From the NCBI GenBank assembly GCA_977017645.1, contig OZ360237.1, forward strand, positions 40,672,001 to 40,736,000: a stretch of 64,000 bases of DNA, given 5' to 3'. Below the pieces are notes generated by a model, which had not been told where the DNA came from, did no database searches, and saw only the letters and a list, made by a program, of their open reading frames with translations. The translations under genes and the position numbers were made by a program. The DNA is from Torpedo marmorata. Lineage: Eukaryota. Below are positions 19,936 through 32,290 of the stretch, piece by piece (the stretch's first letter is position 1; each line of letters begins with the position of its first letter).

Positions 19936-22900
19936 TTTCAGATTTCAGATTTATTGTCAGAGTACATACATGACGTCACATACAACCCTGAGATTCTTTT
20001 TCCTGCGGGCGCAGCAGAAATACCACTAATTGATAGTACAAAAGAAAACTGTACATAGCGTAAACATGTAAACAATCAAAAGAACTGCTAACAGGTAATG
20101 AATGAAACTGAAAATGGAACTGAATGTTCAATACAGAGAGAGCAAATAAAAATCAATAAAGTGCACGTGTAAGAGTCCTTAAATGAGTCTCTGATTTGAC
20201 TTTGTCGTTGAGGATTCTGATGGTAGAGGGGTAGCAGCAGTTCCTAAACCTGGTGGTGCGAGTCTTGTGGCACCTATACCTCTCTCCTGATGGCAGCAGC
20301 TAGAACAGAGCGTGCGCTGGGTGGTGTGGGTCTTTGATGATTGCTGCTGCCCTCCGACGGCAGCATTCCCTATAGATGTACTCAATAGTGGTGAGGGTTT
20401 TGCTGGTAATGTCCTGGGCTGTGTCCACTACCTTTTGGAGGGCTTTACGCTCAGGGGTTTGTTTTTTTAAAAAATTATTATTTTATTTAAATTTTTAAAT
20501 CACACAGTACACAAATCAAAATACGTAGTTTCCAAAATACAAGTGATATAAATTTCCTCCCCCACACCCTCCCACCCTTCCCTAACCCCCCCAACCCCAC
20601 TATTCTAAAAAAAAAAGAATAATAATTAAAAAAAAATGCATAGTAAAAAAAGAAAAAGAAAAATAGATTAATAGTGAGGAGAGAACCATCTAAAAACTAC
20701 TTTTATCCTGGAGGTTAAACTCGCCAATAGACCTGATTTCTAGAGATTTCAAATCCTTAAACCCATAGCTCTCATATATGGGCTCCAAATTTTTAAAAAA
20801 GAATGATATTTATTGCGTAAATTGTAAGTAATCTTCTCCAAAGGAATACACGAACGAAGTTCTGCATGCCACCTATCTAAACTTAAATCTAAATCTGATT
20901 TCCAAGTAATAGCAATACATTTTTTTGAGACAGCTAAAGCAATTCGCAAAAATTCTACCTGATACATATTCAATCTATACCTAATACTAAATTTTCTAAT
21001 ATCTCCAAATAGAAATAACATAGGGTCCATTGGAAACATAACGTTAAAAACTCTATCTAAAAAATCCTTAACTTTCAACCAAAAATCTTGAATTTTTGGA
21101 CATAACCATGTAGAATGAACAAAAGAACCTACTTCATTCTTACATCTAAAACACAAATCCGACAATGTTGGATTAAATTTCTTTAATTTTTTTGGTGTTA
21201 AATATAGTTGATGAAAAAAATTATATTGTACTAATCTATATCTAACATTAATAACTTTAGTCATACTTAATTTACATAAATCTTTCCAGTGATTTTCAGC
21301 TATATTAACATTTAAATCTAATTCCCAATTTAATCTTGATTTATGTAATCCTACTTTAGGCATTTTTCTCTGAAATAATTTATACATTTGAGAAATAAAC
21401 TTATTAACATTTGCTTTAGTTATTAATAATTCTAACTCATTATGTCTTGGAGCAATCAAATCTTCTCCTAATTTCTCAATCAAAAAAGCTTTAACTTGAT
21501 AATAAGCTAACCATGTATTATCTAATACATTAAATTTTTCCTTCAATCTTTGAAACGTAACAAATCTTCCAGCCTCAAAACAATCTTTAAAATTCTTAAT
21601 TCCTTTTTGAAACCATGCTTTCAATAACTGATTATTCATAGTAAATAATAAAAATGGATTTTGATATAATGGCATATTTAAAGAAATTAATCCTTTCCCA
21701 CCTATTTCTTTATCTACCTGTGTCCATATTTCCAACAAATGTTTAATAATCGGTGAATTTTTCTTTTTTACTAATAATAATTTAGAATTCCACTTATAAA
21801 TAATATCCTCTTTATAATTTTCTCCTATATTATTTAATTCTATATTAACCCAGGCAGAAGTTTTAGTTAAATCAAAAAATTCATTAACAAATTTTAATTG
21901 AGCTGCTTTATAATAATATTGAAAATTAGGAAGTTGCAATCCTCCCATCTCATAATTCCATGTTAACTTATCCATACTCACTCTTGCTAACTTCGCTTTC
22001 CATAAAAATTTCCTAATAATAAACTTTAAATCTTTTAAAACATTTTTGGAATTCCAAAAGGAATTGATTGAAAAAGATATTGAATTCTTGGAAAAATATT
22101 CATCTTAATTCAATTTACTCTCCCCATTAAAGTTATAGGCAAATCTTTCCAATTTTCCAAATCTTTCTTTATTTTCGTAAATAAAGGTACATAAATTAAT
22201 TTATATAAATTTTCTAATTTTGTATCCACTTTAACTCCCAAATATTTAATTCCTTCTTTAGCCCACTTAAATTCCGTAACTTCTCTACACCTAGTATAAT
22301 CACCTTGAGATAAAGCCATTATTTCACTTTTATCTGAATTAATTTTATACCCAGATATTTCACCATATTCTGTTAATATGATAGCTAATTGTTGAAGTGA
22401 TGTAATAGATTTCGTCATATATATTAGTACATCATCTGCAAACAAACTAATCTTATGTTCTTCCATACCTACTTTAATCCCTACTATATTAGGATCTGTC
22501 CTAATCAATTCAGCTAAAGGTTCTATTGCCAAAACAAATAAAGCTGGTGATAGAGGACATCCCTGTCTCATAGAACACGTTAAAGGAAATTTTGGTGATA
22601 TTTGTCCATTTGTAATTACTTTAGCTGTAGGTTCTCTATATATAGTTTTAATCCAATTTATAAAAATATTCCCAAAACCAAATTTCTCTAACACCTTAAA
22701 TAAAAAATTCCATTCTAATCTATCAAAAGCCTTTTCTGCATCCAACGTTACCACCAGTGGTAAATCCTGTTTCTTTTTATGTAAATTAATTAAACTTAAT
22801 AATCTAGCTATATTATCTTTTGAATATCTACTTTTAATAAAGCCAGCTTGATCTGGATGTATCAAATTTGGTAAATATTTAGCTATTCTATTAGCCAAAA

Positions 22901-25019
22901 TTTTTGCCATAATTTTATAATCTACATTTAATAAAGAAATAGGTCTATATGACTCAGTTTTTAATACATCTCTATCTTTCTTTGGTATAACTGTAATAAT
23001 AGCATTCAAAAACGTTTTTGGTAATAAATGGGTTTCCGTAATTTGATTCAATACCTCCATATATGGAGGTATTAATAAATCTTTAAATTCCTTATAAAAT
23101 TCTACTGGAAATCCATCATCACCAGGGGATTTACCACTTTTCAACGTCAATAAAACTTCATTAACTTCTCTCATCGTAAAAGGTAAATCCAAAGAATTTT
23201 TATTCTGAATATTTAATTTAGGTAAAGTAATTCTAGATAAAAATCTATTTATTTTCAAATCATCCTGATCAACCTGGGATCTATATAAATTCTGATAATA
23301 ATCTTTAAAAGATTCATTTATTTCTTGGGGTTTATAAGTTATTTCACCAGTATTTTTTTTCCTTATAGCATTTATAGTTTTAGAAACTTGTTCTTTTTTC
23401 AATTGCCATGCTAAAACCTTATGAGCTTTTTCCCCTAATTCATAATATCTTTGTTTCATTCTCTCAATTAACTTTTCCGTTTTATAAGTTTGTAATAAAT
23501 TATAATGTAACTTCCTCCTCATTAAACGGTTTCTCTTACGAATTGATTTATTTCTCTGTAAATCTTTTTCCATAATCTCAATCTCCTTCTCTAATTTTTC
23601 TGCTTCCTTCAAATAATCTTTCTTAATTTTTGCCGAATAGCTTATTATCAAACCTCTAAGATATACGCTCAGGGGTATTGGTGTTCCCATACCAGACCAT
23701 GATGCAGCCAGTCAGCATACGTTCCATCACACATCTGTAGAAATTTGCCAGGGTTTCTGGTGTCATACCAAAGCTCTGCAAGCTCCTGAGGAAGAAGAGG
23801 CACTGACGTGCTTTCTTCACGATGCCATTGGCGTGTTGGGTCCAGGAAAGATCCTCCGAGATAGTGACTCCCAAGAACCTAAATTCGCTCACCCTCTCCA
23901 CCCCTGATCCCCCAATGATCACTGGATTGTATTCCTCTGGCTTTCCTTTCCTGAAGTCAACAATCAGCTCCTTAGTTTTGGTGACATTGAGTGCAAGGTT
24001 GTTGTTGGTGCACCATTCAGCCAGGTTTACAATCTCCATCCTGTATGCTGACTCATCCCCTTCCTTTATACAACCCACTACCATGGTATCGTAGTCAAAT
24101 TTGTAGATGGTGTTATTGTCATACCGAGCTACACATTCGTAGGTGTAAAGTGAGTAGGGCAGGGGGCTAAGAACGCAGCCCTGTGGTGCTCCGATACTGA
24201 TGGAGATTGTGGAGGAGAAGTTCTTACCAATTTTCACTGATTGTGGTCTGGAGGTGAGGAAATCCATGATCCAATTACACAGTGGGGTATTAACTCCCAG
24301 GTCTTGGAGTTTGCTGATCAGTTTTGAGGGGATGATGGTGTTAAATGCCGAACTGTAGTTGATAAAGAGCATCCTGATGTATGCATCTTTGCTGTCCAGG
24401 TGTTCCAGGGCTTTGTGTAGGGCCAGTGAGATGGCATCCGCCGTAGGCCTGTTGCCGCCATAGGCGAACTGGAGTGGATCCATGTCACCGCTCAGACAGG
24501 AGCTGATACGCTTCATCACCAGCATTTCAAAACACTTCATCACTGTTGATGTAAGTGCTACTGGTCGATAGTCGTTAAGGCAGGTTACTGCACTCTTCTT
24601 GGGCACTGGTATGATGACGCCTGTTTGAAACAGGTGGGTACCACGCCCTGCTGGAGTGAGATATTGAAGATATCCGTGAATAACTTGGTAAGTTGATCAG
24701 CACAGATCTTTAATACTTGGCCAGGTACTCCATCCGGGCCGGATGCTTTCCTCGGATTCACTCTCCTGAAGGCAGCACGCACGTCATCCTCAGATATGGA
24801 CAGGGTGGGATCATCAGGGGACGTGGGGTTGCAGAGGGGTGGTTCTTTGCTGTTACTGTCATCAAATTGGGCGTAGAAGGTGTTGAGTTCCTCTGGGAGA
24901 GAAGCTTTGCCGTCAGCTACTTTACCGGATTTGGTTTTGTAACAGGTTATGGCATTCAGACCCTGCCACAGCTGTCGGGTGTCCCTTATTGTTTCCATTT
25001 TCATCCAGAATCTCCACTT
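19936..25019 (-). mobile_element. Rex1/Babar LINE (subfamily A), 5'-truncated, split by L1 (parts 19936-20458 and 23664-25019)
   Basis: [33 protein letters not shown], decayed FADD; (TCTGAA)n tail. Confidence 0.9.
20459..23663 (-). mobile_element. 5'-truncated L1-clade LINE, ORF2 RT and C-terminus (ORFs 22110..23690 and 20749..21981, interrupted between them)
   Basis: KSPGDDG, YRPISLLNVDYK, LDAEKAFD, RQGCPLSP, LFADD, KYLG; 13-bp TSD tacgctcaggggt at 20446-20458 and 23664-23676. Confidence 0.95.
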
Positions 25020-25590
25020 CTGTCCTGGAGCCTCCACATTGATGAAATCACAAAGAAAGCTTGCCAGTGGCTATACTTTGTGAGGTGTCTGAGGAGATTC
25101 GGTATGTCACCGAAGACTCTCGTAAACTTCTACAGGTGTACCGTGGAGAGCATTCTGGCTGGTTGCATCACTGCCTGGTATGGAGGCGCCAACTCTCAGG
25201 ACAAGAACAAACTCCAGAGGGTTGTTAACTTGGCCTGTGACATCACAGGCACCAGACTTCACTCCATCGAGGACATCTACACGAGACGGTGTCTTAAAAA
25301 AGCAGCCTCTGTCCTCAAAGACCCCCACCACCCAGGCCATGCCCTCTTCACTCTGCTACCATCGGGAAAAAGGTACAAGAGCCTAAAGACGAGCACTCAG
25401 CGGCACAAGGACAGCTTCTTCCCCGCTGCCATCAGATTCCTGAATAATCAATGAACACTGACTTACTTTTCGTGCACTATTATTTATATTTTTTTTACAG
25501 TAATGTTGTAAGATGGTAATAATATGAATGTTTGCAAAACACCGAATTTCATGATTTGTTCATGACAATAAATTCTGATTCTGATTCTGA
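25020..25590 (+). mobile_element. Rex1/Babar 3' fragment (subfamily B, (ATTCTG)n tail)
   Basis: LSWSLH..FYRCTVESILAGCITAWYG..LLPSGKRY..DSFFPAAIRFLN*; tgacaataaattctgattctg. Confidence 0.9.
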
Positions 25591-25695
25591 CCTTTCAAAA
25601 TGTACCGTGGTTGTAAGATAATTGGGGTATTTGGACAGCACGTGCTCGTGTTCCGGAAGTGCCTGTTACCGTGCTCTATGTATGTCTAAAAAATT
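25591..25695 (+). mobile_element. V-SINE 3' half
   Basis: aattggggtatttgg...cctgttaccgtgctctatgtatgtctaaaa. Confidence 0.65.
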
Positions 25696-26846
25696 CTTAT
25701 TAAACTCGAGGTGGAATGTGTTAACTCAATCCTCTATTATCTGAGGCAAATTCCACTTAACCTCAGTTTTTTTCTCCTTTTTTGTGAAAATAAATCAAGC
25801 CAGATATCTTCATTCCAAAGTTTAGCATAGGGCTGAAAGGTTTCAATGTAGTAAATGCTAGCAGAGGTGTCAGGAGAGTTCCCTAAGGATATGAGCTTTG
25901 GATTTAATGGTGGGCAATTGTGAGGCTCAGAATATCCAGCCTATTTAATACAACTGTGGCCTTTGGCAATGCAAATGGTCAGTTCCATTTGTTCAATCTT
26001 GCTGGCTGTTAGGGCTAAGCAGAATTGCTACAAAGGGTGGAGATGGTGTTAGCGCAAGCTCTTTTAACACACCTATATGAAATTCTTCTCTCCCCCATGT
26101 TAGCAAAGGTGTTAACGCATTTATTTTAAACATCTTTTCATAAAGTCAACTTGCTTCCGCTGGTGGTACATTAGGCATTGAGTCTTTAGAACAATTCCAT
26201 TTGGTTCAGCTCATTTGAGTTCTAAATACCCGCAGCCCTTCCTCATAAAAGATTGTTGATTGTTTGAAATATTTAGGAAATTGCTTAACCTTATGGGCAG
26301 GACTAAATTGAAAAGAATGCCTTGAAAACCTTAAGAAGAAAAAAAGAATTACAGCAAGCTATATTGTTGTCTACCTGATCTGAACAAGACATAGATTGGA
26401 TTTCTCAGCCCAAATTAACACATTGTGGAAAGCTTCAGTGGTTCTGCAGCCTGACAAATTATCTTTAGATGTATTTGCAGGAGTTGAAGTATAAACTTCA
26501 GCTTACACTTAAGAGTTGCAAGTGCAGCTCAGGCCATTGAGCAAACCAACCTCAACCTCAACATTTGCAGTAATTTTAATAACCAGCAAATATCCTCTTA
26601 AAACGCAATACAAGACTATTTTAAGAAGGCATAGAAATGTACACAGAAACACATGTTGTTGGTAATACCGAGAAGGATCAGCAGTTGCCAAAGGTTCAGG
26701 CTTCTATTCTCCCTTCAACTCCATTGACTCTGTCTATAACTCCTGCTGTCTCAGGAAAGCTGCCAATATATTAAAGTAAAAAAACAAAAATGCTGGAGAA
26801 ACTCAGCAGGTCAAACAGTGTCTTTTATGTAGCAAAGGTAGAAATA

Positions 26847-26887
26847 CATAACTGACGTTTCGGGCTTGAGCCCTTCATCAAAGTATG
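26847..26887 (-). ncRNA. Minimal type I hammerhead ribozyme motif in the Penelope terminus
   Basis: Minus strand catact-TTGATGA-a-gggc-tcaa-gccc-GAAA-cg-TC-agttatg: core, 4-bp helix II, bulged helix I, palindromic ACGU helix III; activity not shown. Confidence 0.65.
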
Positions 26888-27073
26888 AGAAAATGCCGGC
26901 AGGCGTCCAAACAAAAGAGTGAGGGGGGGTAGGGGGGGGTGGCAAAGGCAGGAGAAGATAGGTGGAGAAAGGAGGGAGGGGACAGCAGCAAAGAGGGGGA
27001 GGAGGGATGGCTGGGTGGGTGGAAAAACTGGAAGGACAGGTGAGGAGGGAGGGGAAGGAAAAGGCGAACAGGT

Positions 27074-27520
27074 TTAGTGGAAAGCAGAAAAGTCAATGTT
27101 AATGCCATCAGGCTGGAGAGTGCCCAGACGGAAAATGAGATGTTGTTCCTCCAATTTGCGTGTGGTCTGGGTGGGATAGTACATAACTCCATGGACAGGC
27201 ATGTGAGTGTGGGAGTGTGACTCGGAATTGAAATGGTTGGCTACTGGGAGGTCGCTGTTGTTGCGGACGGAGAGGAGGTGCTCAGTGAAGCGATCTCCCA
27301 ATCTACGACCGGACTCTCCGATGTAGAGAATGCCACAAAGGGAGCACCGGATGCAGTAAATAAGTTCTCTGGATGAACAAATGAAGTGTTGCTTCACTTG
27401 AAAGGCCTGTTTTGGGCCTGGGATCGTGGTGAGGGAGGAGGGGTGGGCGCAAGTGTTGCACCTCCTGTAGGCACAGGGGAAGGTGCCGGGGGTGCGATGG
27501 GTGGGGAGGGATGAGTGCAC
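27074..27520 (-). pseudogene. Penelope GIY-YIG endonuclease domain
   Basis: IY..YIG motif pair, conserved R and H residues; upstream frame broken by a stop at about 27605. Confidence 0.88.
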
Positions 27521-28163
27521 GAGAGAATCGCAGAGGGAGCGGTCCCTGCGGAAGGCCGAGAGGGGAGGAGAAGGAAAAATGTGTCTGCTGGTGGGATCCT
27601 GTAGTTAGTGCCGAAAATTCCGGCGGATAATGTGTTGGATGCGGAGGCTGGTGGGGTGGTAGGTGAGGATGAGGGGGATTCTATGTTTGTTGCGTCTGGG
27701 GGCAGAGGGGGCCAGGGCCCATGAGCGGGAAATGGAGGAGATGCGAGTGAGGGCTGAGTTGATGGTGGTGGAGGGGAAGCCACGTTTGTGGAAGAAGGCA
27801 GACATTTCAGAAGGCAACATATTAAAGGGTCCATCCAACCTCGGTCATGTTCTCTTCTCCACACTTGCGTGGGGTAGAAGAGACATATGCTTGAAAACAT
27901 GAACCTCCAGATTCAAAGACATTGTCTTTCCTAATGTTTCTAGACACGCATGGATTTCACACAGGCTAAAGATGATGCGTTTGCACATTATCTTTTACCG
28001 TACTCTTCTCTAAACCCTACACTATGTGACTTATTGTAAGACTAATCCCAACATTGTTGTTTAATTTATTTTGGTTTTTTTTTGTTTAATTAATATCGCA
28101 CTACCTGTTGTCTGAGTTGATATGTCTGGATAGCAGACAAAATGAAGCTTTTTACTGTATCTT

Positions 28164-28410
28164 GGTACGGTTAGCCTAGCAGTTAGTGCAACGCTATTAC
28201 AGCGCCAGTGACCGGGGTTAGAATCCAGCGCTGTCTGTAAGGAGTTTGTACGTTCTCCCCGTGTCCGCGAGGGTTTCCTCCAGGTGCTTTGGTTTCCTCC
28301 CACCCTCCAAAATGTACGGGTTAATTGGGGTATTTGGGTGGCACGAGTTCTTGGGCCAGAAGGGCCTGTTACCGTGCTGTAAATCTAAACTTAAATTTAA
28401 AATCTAAACA
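28164..28410 (+). mobile_element. V-SINE
   Basis: Head, V-domain and tail. Confidence 0.85.
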
Positions 28411-28667
28411 ATTCAGTTCAATTGAAGTGCAATTGACATGGCGTTATCTGTTCTAATCTGATTTCTGGGTTGAAGAAATCTAGTCTGGAACTGTAAAGAA
28501 AGAGGGGTTGCATGAGGAAAATGTAGACCAAGATCTCATGGAGTTTAGCTGAGTGATAAGGATCATGCATTTATTGTCATATACATTGTATAATTTACAT
28601 ATTCACTGAAATTCTTACTTGCTGCAGCCAAACAGGTATTTTGTAAGAAAATCACAATTGTATACAC

Positions 28668-28890
28668 ACAATGCTATTACAATGCCAATGGCTCGGGTTG
28701 AAATCTGGCGCTGTCTGCAAGGAGTTTGTATGTTACACACGTGTCTGCGTGGGTATCCTTCGGGTGCTCCGGTTTCCTCCCACCATTCAAAAGACGTACG
28801 GGGTTAGTAGGTTAGTTGGTCGCATGGGTGTATTTGGCCAGCACGGGCTCATGGGCCAGAAGGGCTGTATCTCCAAAATTAAAAAAATAA
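28668..28890 (+). mobile_element. V-SINE (5'-clipped)
   Basis: V-domain and 3' part. Confidence 0.8.
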
Positions 28891-29009
28891 TAAAATTACC
28901 GTGTAGAAATAAATAATGACAAAAAAGATAGATAGATAATAAATATTCCCGGTTACCATAGTGCAAGTAAACAAAAGTGGTGCTACAATAGTGAAAACAG
29001 ATGAAATAT

Positions 29010-30258
29010 GACATAATGGGTGCGGTAGATAGAAGGGAACGGGTTGATGTTGTATATTTGGATTTCCAGAAAGCGTTTGATAAGGTGCCACACAAGAGAC
29101 TTATCAGTAAGTTACAGGTGAATGGAGTCCAGGGAAGTATATTGGCATGGATTGAGGATTGGTTGTCTGACAGGAGGCAGAGAGTCGGGATAAATGGGTG
29201 TCTTTCTGATTGGCAGACAGTGGTAAGTGGGGTGCCACAGGGGTCGGTGCTGGGCCCACAACTGTTCATCATTTACATTGATGATTTGGAGGAGGGGGCA
29301 AAATGTGGTGTAGCCAAGTTTGCGGATGATACTAAATTGAGTGAAAGTGCAAATTGTACTGAGGATGTGGAGAGGCTGCAGAGGGATATATTTAAGTTAG
29401 GTGAGTAGGCAAAGGTCTGGCAGATGGAGTACAATGTTAGTAAGTGCGAGGTTATCCACTTTGGCAAGAAAAATAAAAGAGCAGAGTATTATTTAAATGG
29501 TGACAAACTGCAGCATGCTGTTGTGCAGAAGGACTTGGGAGTCCTTGTGCACGAATTGCAAAAAGTTGGGTTGCAGGTGCAGCAGCTTATTAAGAAGGCA
29601 AATGGAATGTTGGCCTTCATCGCTAGAGGAATTGAATTCAGGAGCAAGGAGGTAATGTTGCAACTGTACAAGGTACTGGTGAGACCGCACCTGGAGTACT
29701 GTGTGCAGTTCTGGTCTCCATATTTGAAGAAGGATATACTGGCCTTGGAGGCAGTCCAGAGGAGGTTTACGAGGTTGATCCCTGAGATGAAGGGGTTGAC
29801 TTGTGATGAAAGATTAAATTGTCTGGGATTATACTCGCTCGAGTTCAGAAGAATGAGAGGAGATCTTATAGAAACATATAGAATTATGAAGGGGATGGAT
29901 AGGATAGAGGTAGGAAGGTTTTTTTCAGGGGCGGGTGAGAGCAAAACTAGGGGACACAGCCTCAGGATTCGGGGGAGTAGATTTAGGACAGAGATGAGAA
30001 AAAACAGTTTTTCCCAGAGAGTAGTGAATTTGTGGAATTCTCTACCCAGGGAAGCAGTTGAGGCTGCTTCATTGAACATATTTAAGGTTCAGTTGGATAT
30101 ATTTTTACATAAAAAAGGAATTAGGGGATATGGGGGAAGGGCAGGTAGGTGGAGTTAGGTCATTGATCAGATCAGCCATGATCTTATTGAATGGCGGAGC
30201 AGGCTCGATGGGCCGGTTGGCCTACTCCTGTTCCTAATTTCTTATGTTCTTATGTTCT
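29010..30258 (+). mobile_element. 5'-truncated CR1 LINE with RT C-terminal half
   Basis: YLDFQKAFDKVPH, GVPQGSVLGP, KFADDTK; a single TGG>TAG stop at 29406 separates ORFs 29001..29408 and 29424..30158; (TTCTTATG)n tail. Confidence 0.95.
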
Positions 30259-30274
30259 TAACATTGAATGGAGA

Positions 30275-30665
30275 CTTCAGCACAGAAACATTCCTTTGGC
30301 TCAACTGCCTTGGGCCGAGTCTGTGCTATAAAAAACCCTCCTCCTGCACCTCTGCATCCTTCCATCCATCCTCTCAACCTGTCGGTTTGGTGCCTGTGCC
30401 AAACAGGTAGTTTTAATATTCTTCCCGCGGGCAGTGAAAATGCTGAACATCCTAAGGAAACGCTCACACTAATCATCTGAGATTTTCATATTTACTGAAC
30501 AATATTTATTTATTTATTTGTACAAATGAACACTTGTCCTGCATATGTATTGTCTGTCTATATGTGTGTTATGTCAGGTTGTGTGTCTGCATGAGGACCG
30601 GAGAACGCTGTTTCATCAGGTTGTACTTGTGCAATCAGGTGACAATAAACTTGACTTGAATTGAA
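30275..30665 (+). mobile_element. Rex1/Babar 3' end (subfamily C)
   Basis: cttcccgcgggcagtgaaaatgctgaac..; tail tgacaataaacttgacttga. Confidence 0.7.
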
Positions 30666-30994
30666 TAACACTGGGGAAAGCCTGAGAGCCCAAACTGAGT
30701 CTGAATTTTCACGACAAGAAATGAATGGAATTCACCTTCTTTTAATGAAGTATATAAGCGCTGCTTTTAGTGGTAACACAGCCAAGTCCCATGAGAAAAT
30801 TTGTCAAAAGCTACATTAAATGTCATGCTTTTGCATTTTGAACGCAGGATATGCTAGGATGGGCTTGCTGCCACCATTGTATAGCTGCACTGGCCACTGG
30901 GAGGTGAGTCAGAGCTTGAAAGAGTCCTCATGGCAAACACAGTACAGCAGGATAAAAGGCTGCCATGATGGTGAGGGAAGATGCAGGACAAGGG

Positions 30995-31400
30995 AGTCAA
31001 GCAACACAGAATTTGCTGGAGGAGTTTATCGAGCCGAGCAGCATCTCTGGGGGTGTGGGGTGAAGAATCGTCAACGTGGTGGTCCAGGACCCTTCATCGG
31101 GACTGAGGATGTGGAGGAGAGAGTGATCATATAATGCGAACAGGGAGTGAAGCAGGAAGGACTGGGGAAAGGAGGACCAGGGAGTGGCAAGGATGATAGA
31201 CTGAGGCAGTCGATGGGCAGATGCCAGATACAGGGAGAGAGAAGCAAAGGGGTAAGGTGGAAGAAGGTGAGTCGTAGAGGGTGGGGTGGGTGATAGGTGG
31301 CGACAAAGGCTGTCCGTGCTGGAATATGATAAGAGTAGGTGATGAGAGACCAGATAGAACTGATGGCGGTGGGGGAAGAGAGGAAATCCAAAGGGAGAAA
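30995..31400 (-). mobile_element. Old Penelope 3' end
   Basis: ttgctggaggagttt..gcagcatctctgg..ggacccttcatcgggact followed by a purine-rich UTR. Confidence 0.5.
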
Positions 31401-31518
31401 TGGAGGTGGAAGAAGAAGAAGGGAGTTAAAATGGCAGCAACGGGGAGGTCAGGGCGGCTATCTTCTCCATTGCGGTCCCCAAGTCTTCTTTCTGGCTGCG
31501 CACCTTCCATGTGGCAGT

Positions 31519-31826
31519 CAAATCAAGTCAAGTTTATTGTCATCTGATTGCACAAGTACAACCCAACGAAACATCGTTCTCTGCTCCTCGGTACAAAACA
31601 CGCAGACACACAACCCAACATAACACACATACTGACAATACATATGCAGGACAAGTATTCATTTATACAAATAAATAAATAAATAAATATTGCTTTGGAA
31701 ATATGAGAGTCTCGGATGGTTAGTGTGAGCAGTTCCTTTGGTCGTTCCGCATTCTCAATGTCTGTGGGATGAAGCTGTTTCTCAGCCTGGTAGTGGTGGC
31801 TCTGATACTCCTGTATCTCTTTCTCT
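31519..31826 (-). mobile_element. Rex1/Babar 3' end (subfamily C)
   Basis: caagtcaagtttattgtca tail; RKRYRSIRATTTRLRNSFIPQTLRMRN. Confidence 0.8.
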
Positions 31827-32199
31827 GGGTGTAGTCTGGGCTGACTGACCCCAGAGCCATGAGTAAAACCAAGCCAATGGTGTGTGGCAGGACGATGAAA
31901 GTGTCAGTGGTCGAAGTTGGTCGCTCACGGTTGGTTTGGGGCCATTGAAGGGAGGGACAACCAGTCCAGTCATTTTCCATTACCACTGACCACTGAGATG
32001 GGCATGTGGTCCGTGCCAATGTTCGAACACTTTCATTCATGCCTCAGCACCAATCCTTGCCCTTTGCACTTTGAGCTTTTCTGTGACTGATCCGCAAAAT
32101 TCATCAGTTGCCCCCAAAATCTCCAATTTCTCGCAGGGCAGTGTGACTCATGATGTCACAAAGTATGTGATTAACACTGACATAATCATCCACACTCAG

Positions 32200-32290
32200 C
32201 AACCACTGAGACGTCAGAAGGGACTCAGCTGGTCAGGTGGCAACTGTGGAGTAGAAATGTTTCGGGTCGGGACCCTTTATCGAGACCACC
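32200..32290 (-). mobile_element. Penelope terminal fragment (TCGATAA-core hammerhead variant)
   Basis: gggactcagctggtcagg..atgtttcgggtcgggaccctttatcgagac. Confidence 0.6.

Larger units (their letters stand above)
26777..27814 (-). mobile_element. 5'-truncated Penelope-like element (Neptune-type Cys linker and GIY-YIG endonuclease)
   Basis: GTFPCAYRRCNTC linker; LIYCIRCSLCGILYIGESGRRLGDRFTEH; VANHFN; TSD caatatattaaag / caacatattaaag (26764-26776, 27815-27827). Confidence 0.92.
26690..27945 (+). mobile_element. Old Rex1 relic, split by the Penelope element
   Basis: ..CCLRKAANILK | GPSNLGHVLFSTLAWGRR.. continues across the insertion. Confidence 0.6.

Noticed and set aside
20749-23690. Host genes of 410 and 526 aa
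   Set aside because: Pieces of one interrupted, 5'-truncated L1 ORF2 bounded by a TSD; the start of the 526-aa ORF lies in flanking Rex1 sequence
24717-25454. 245-aa ORF
   Set aside because: Antisense Rex1-A joined by chance to sense Rex1-B
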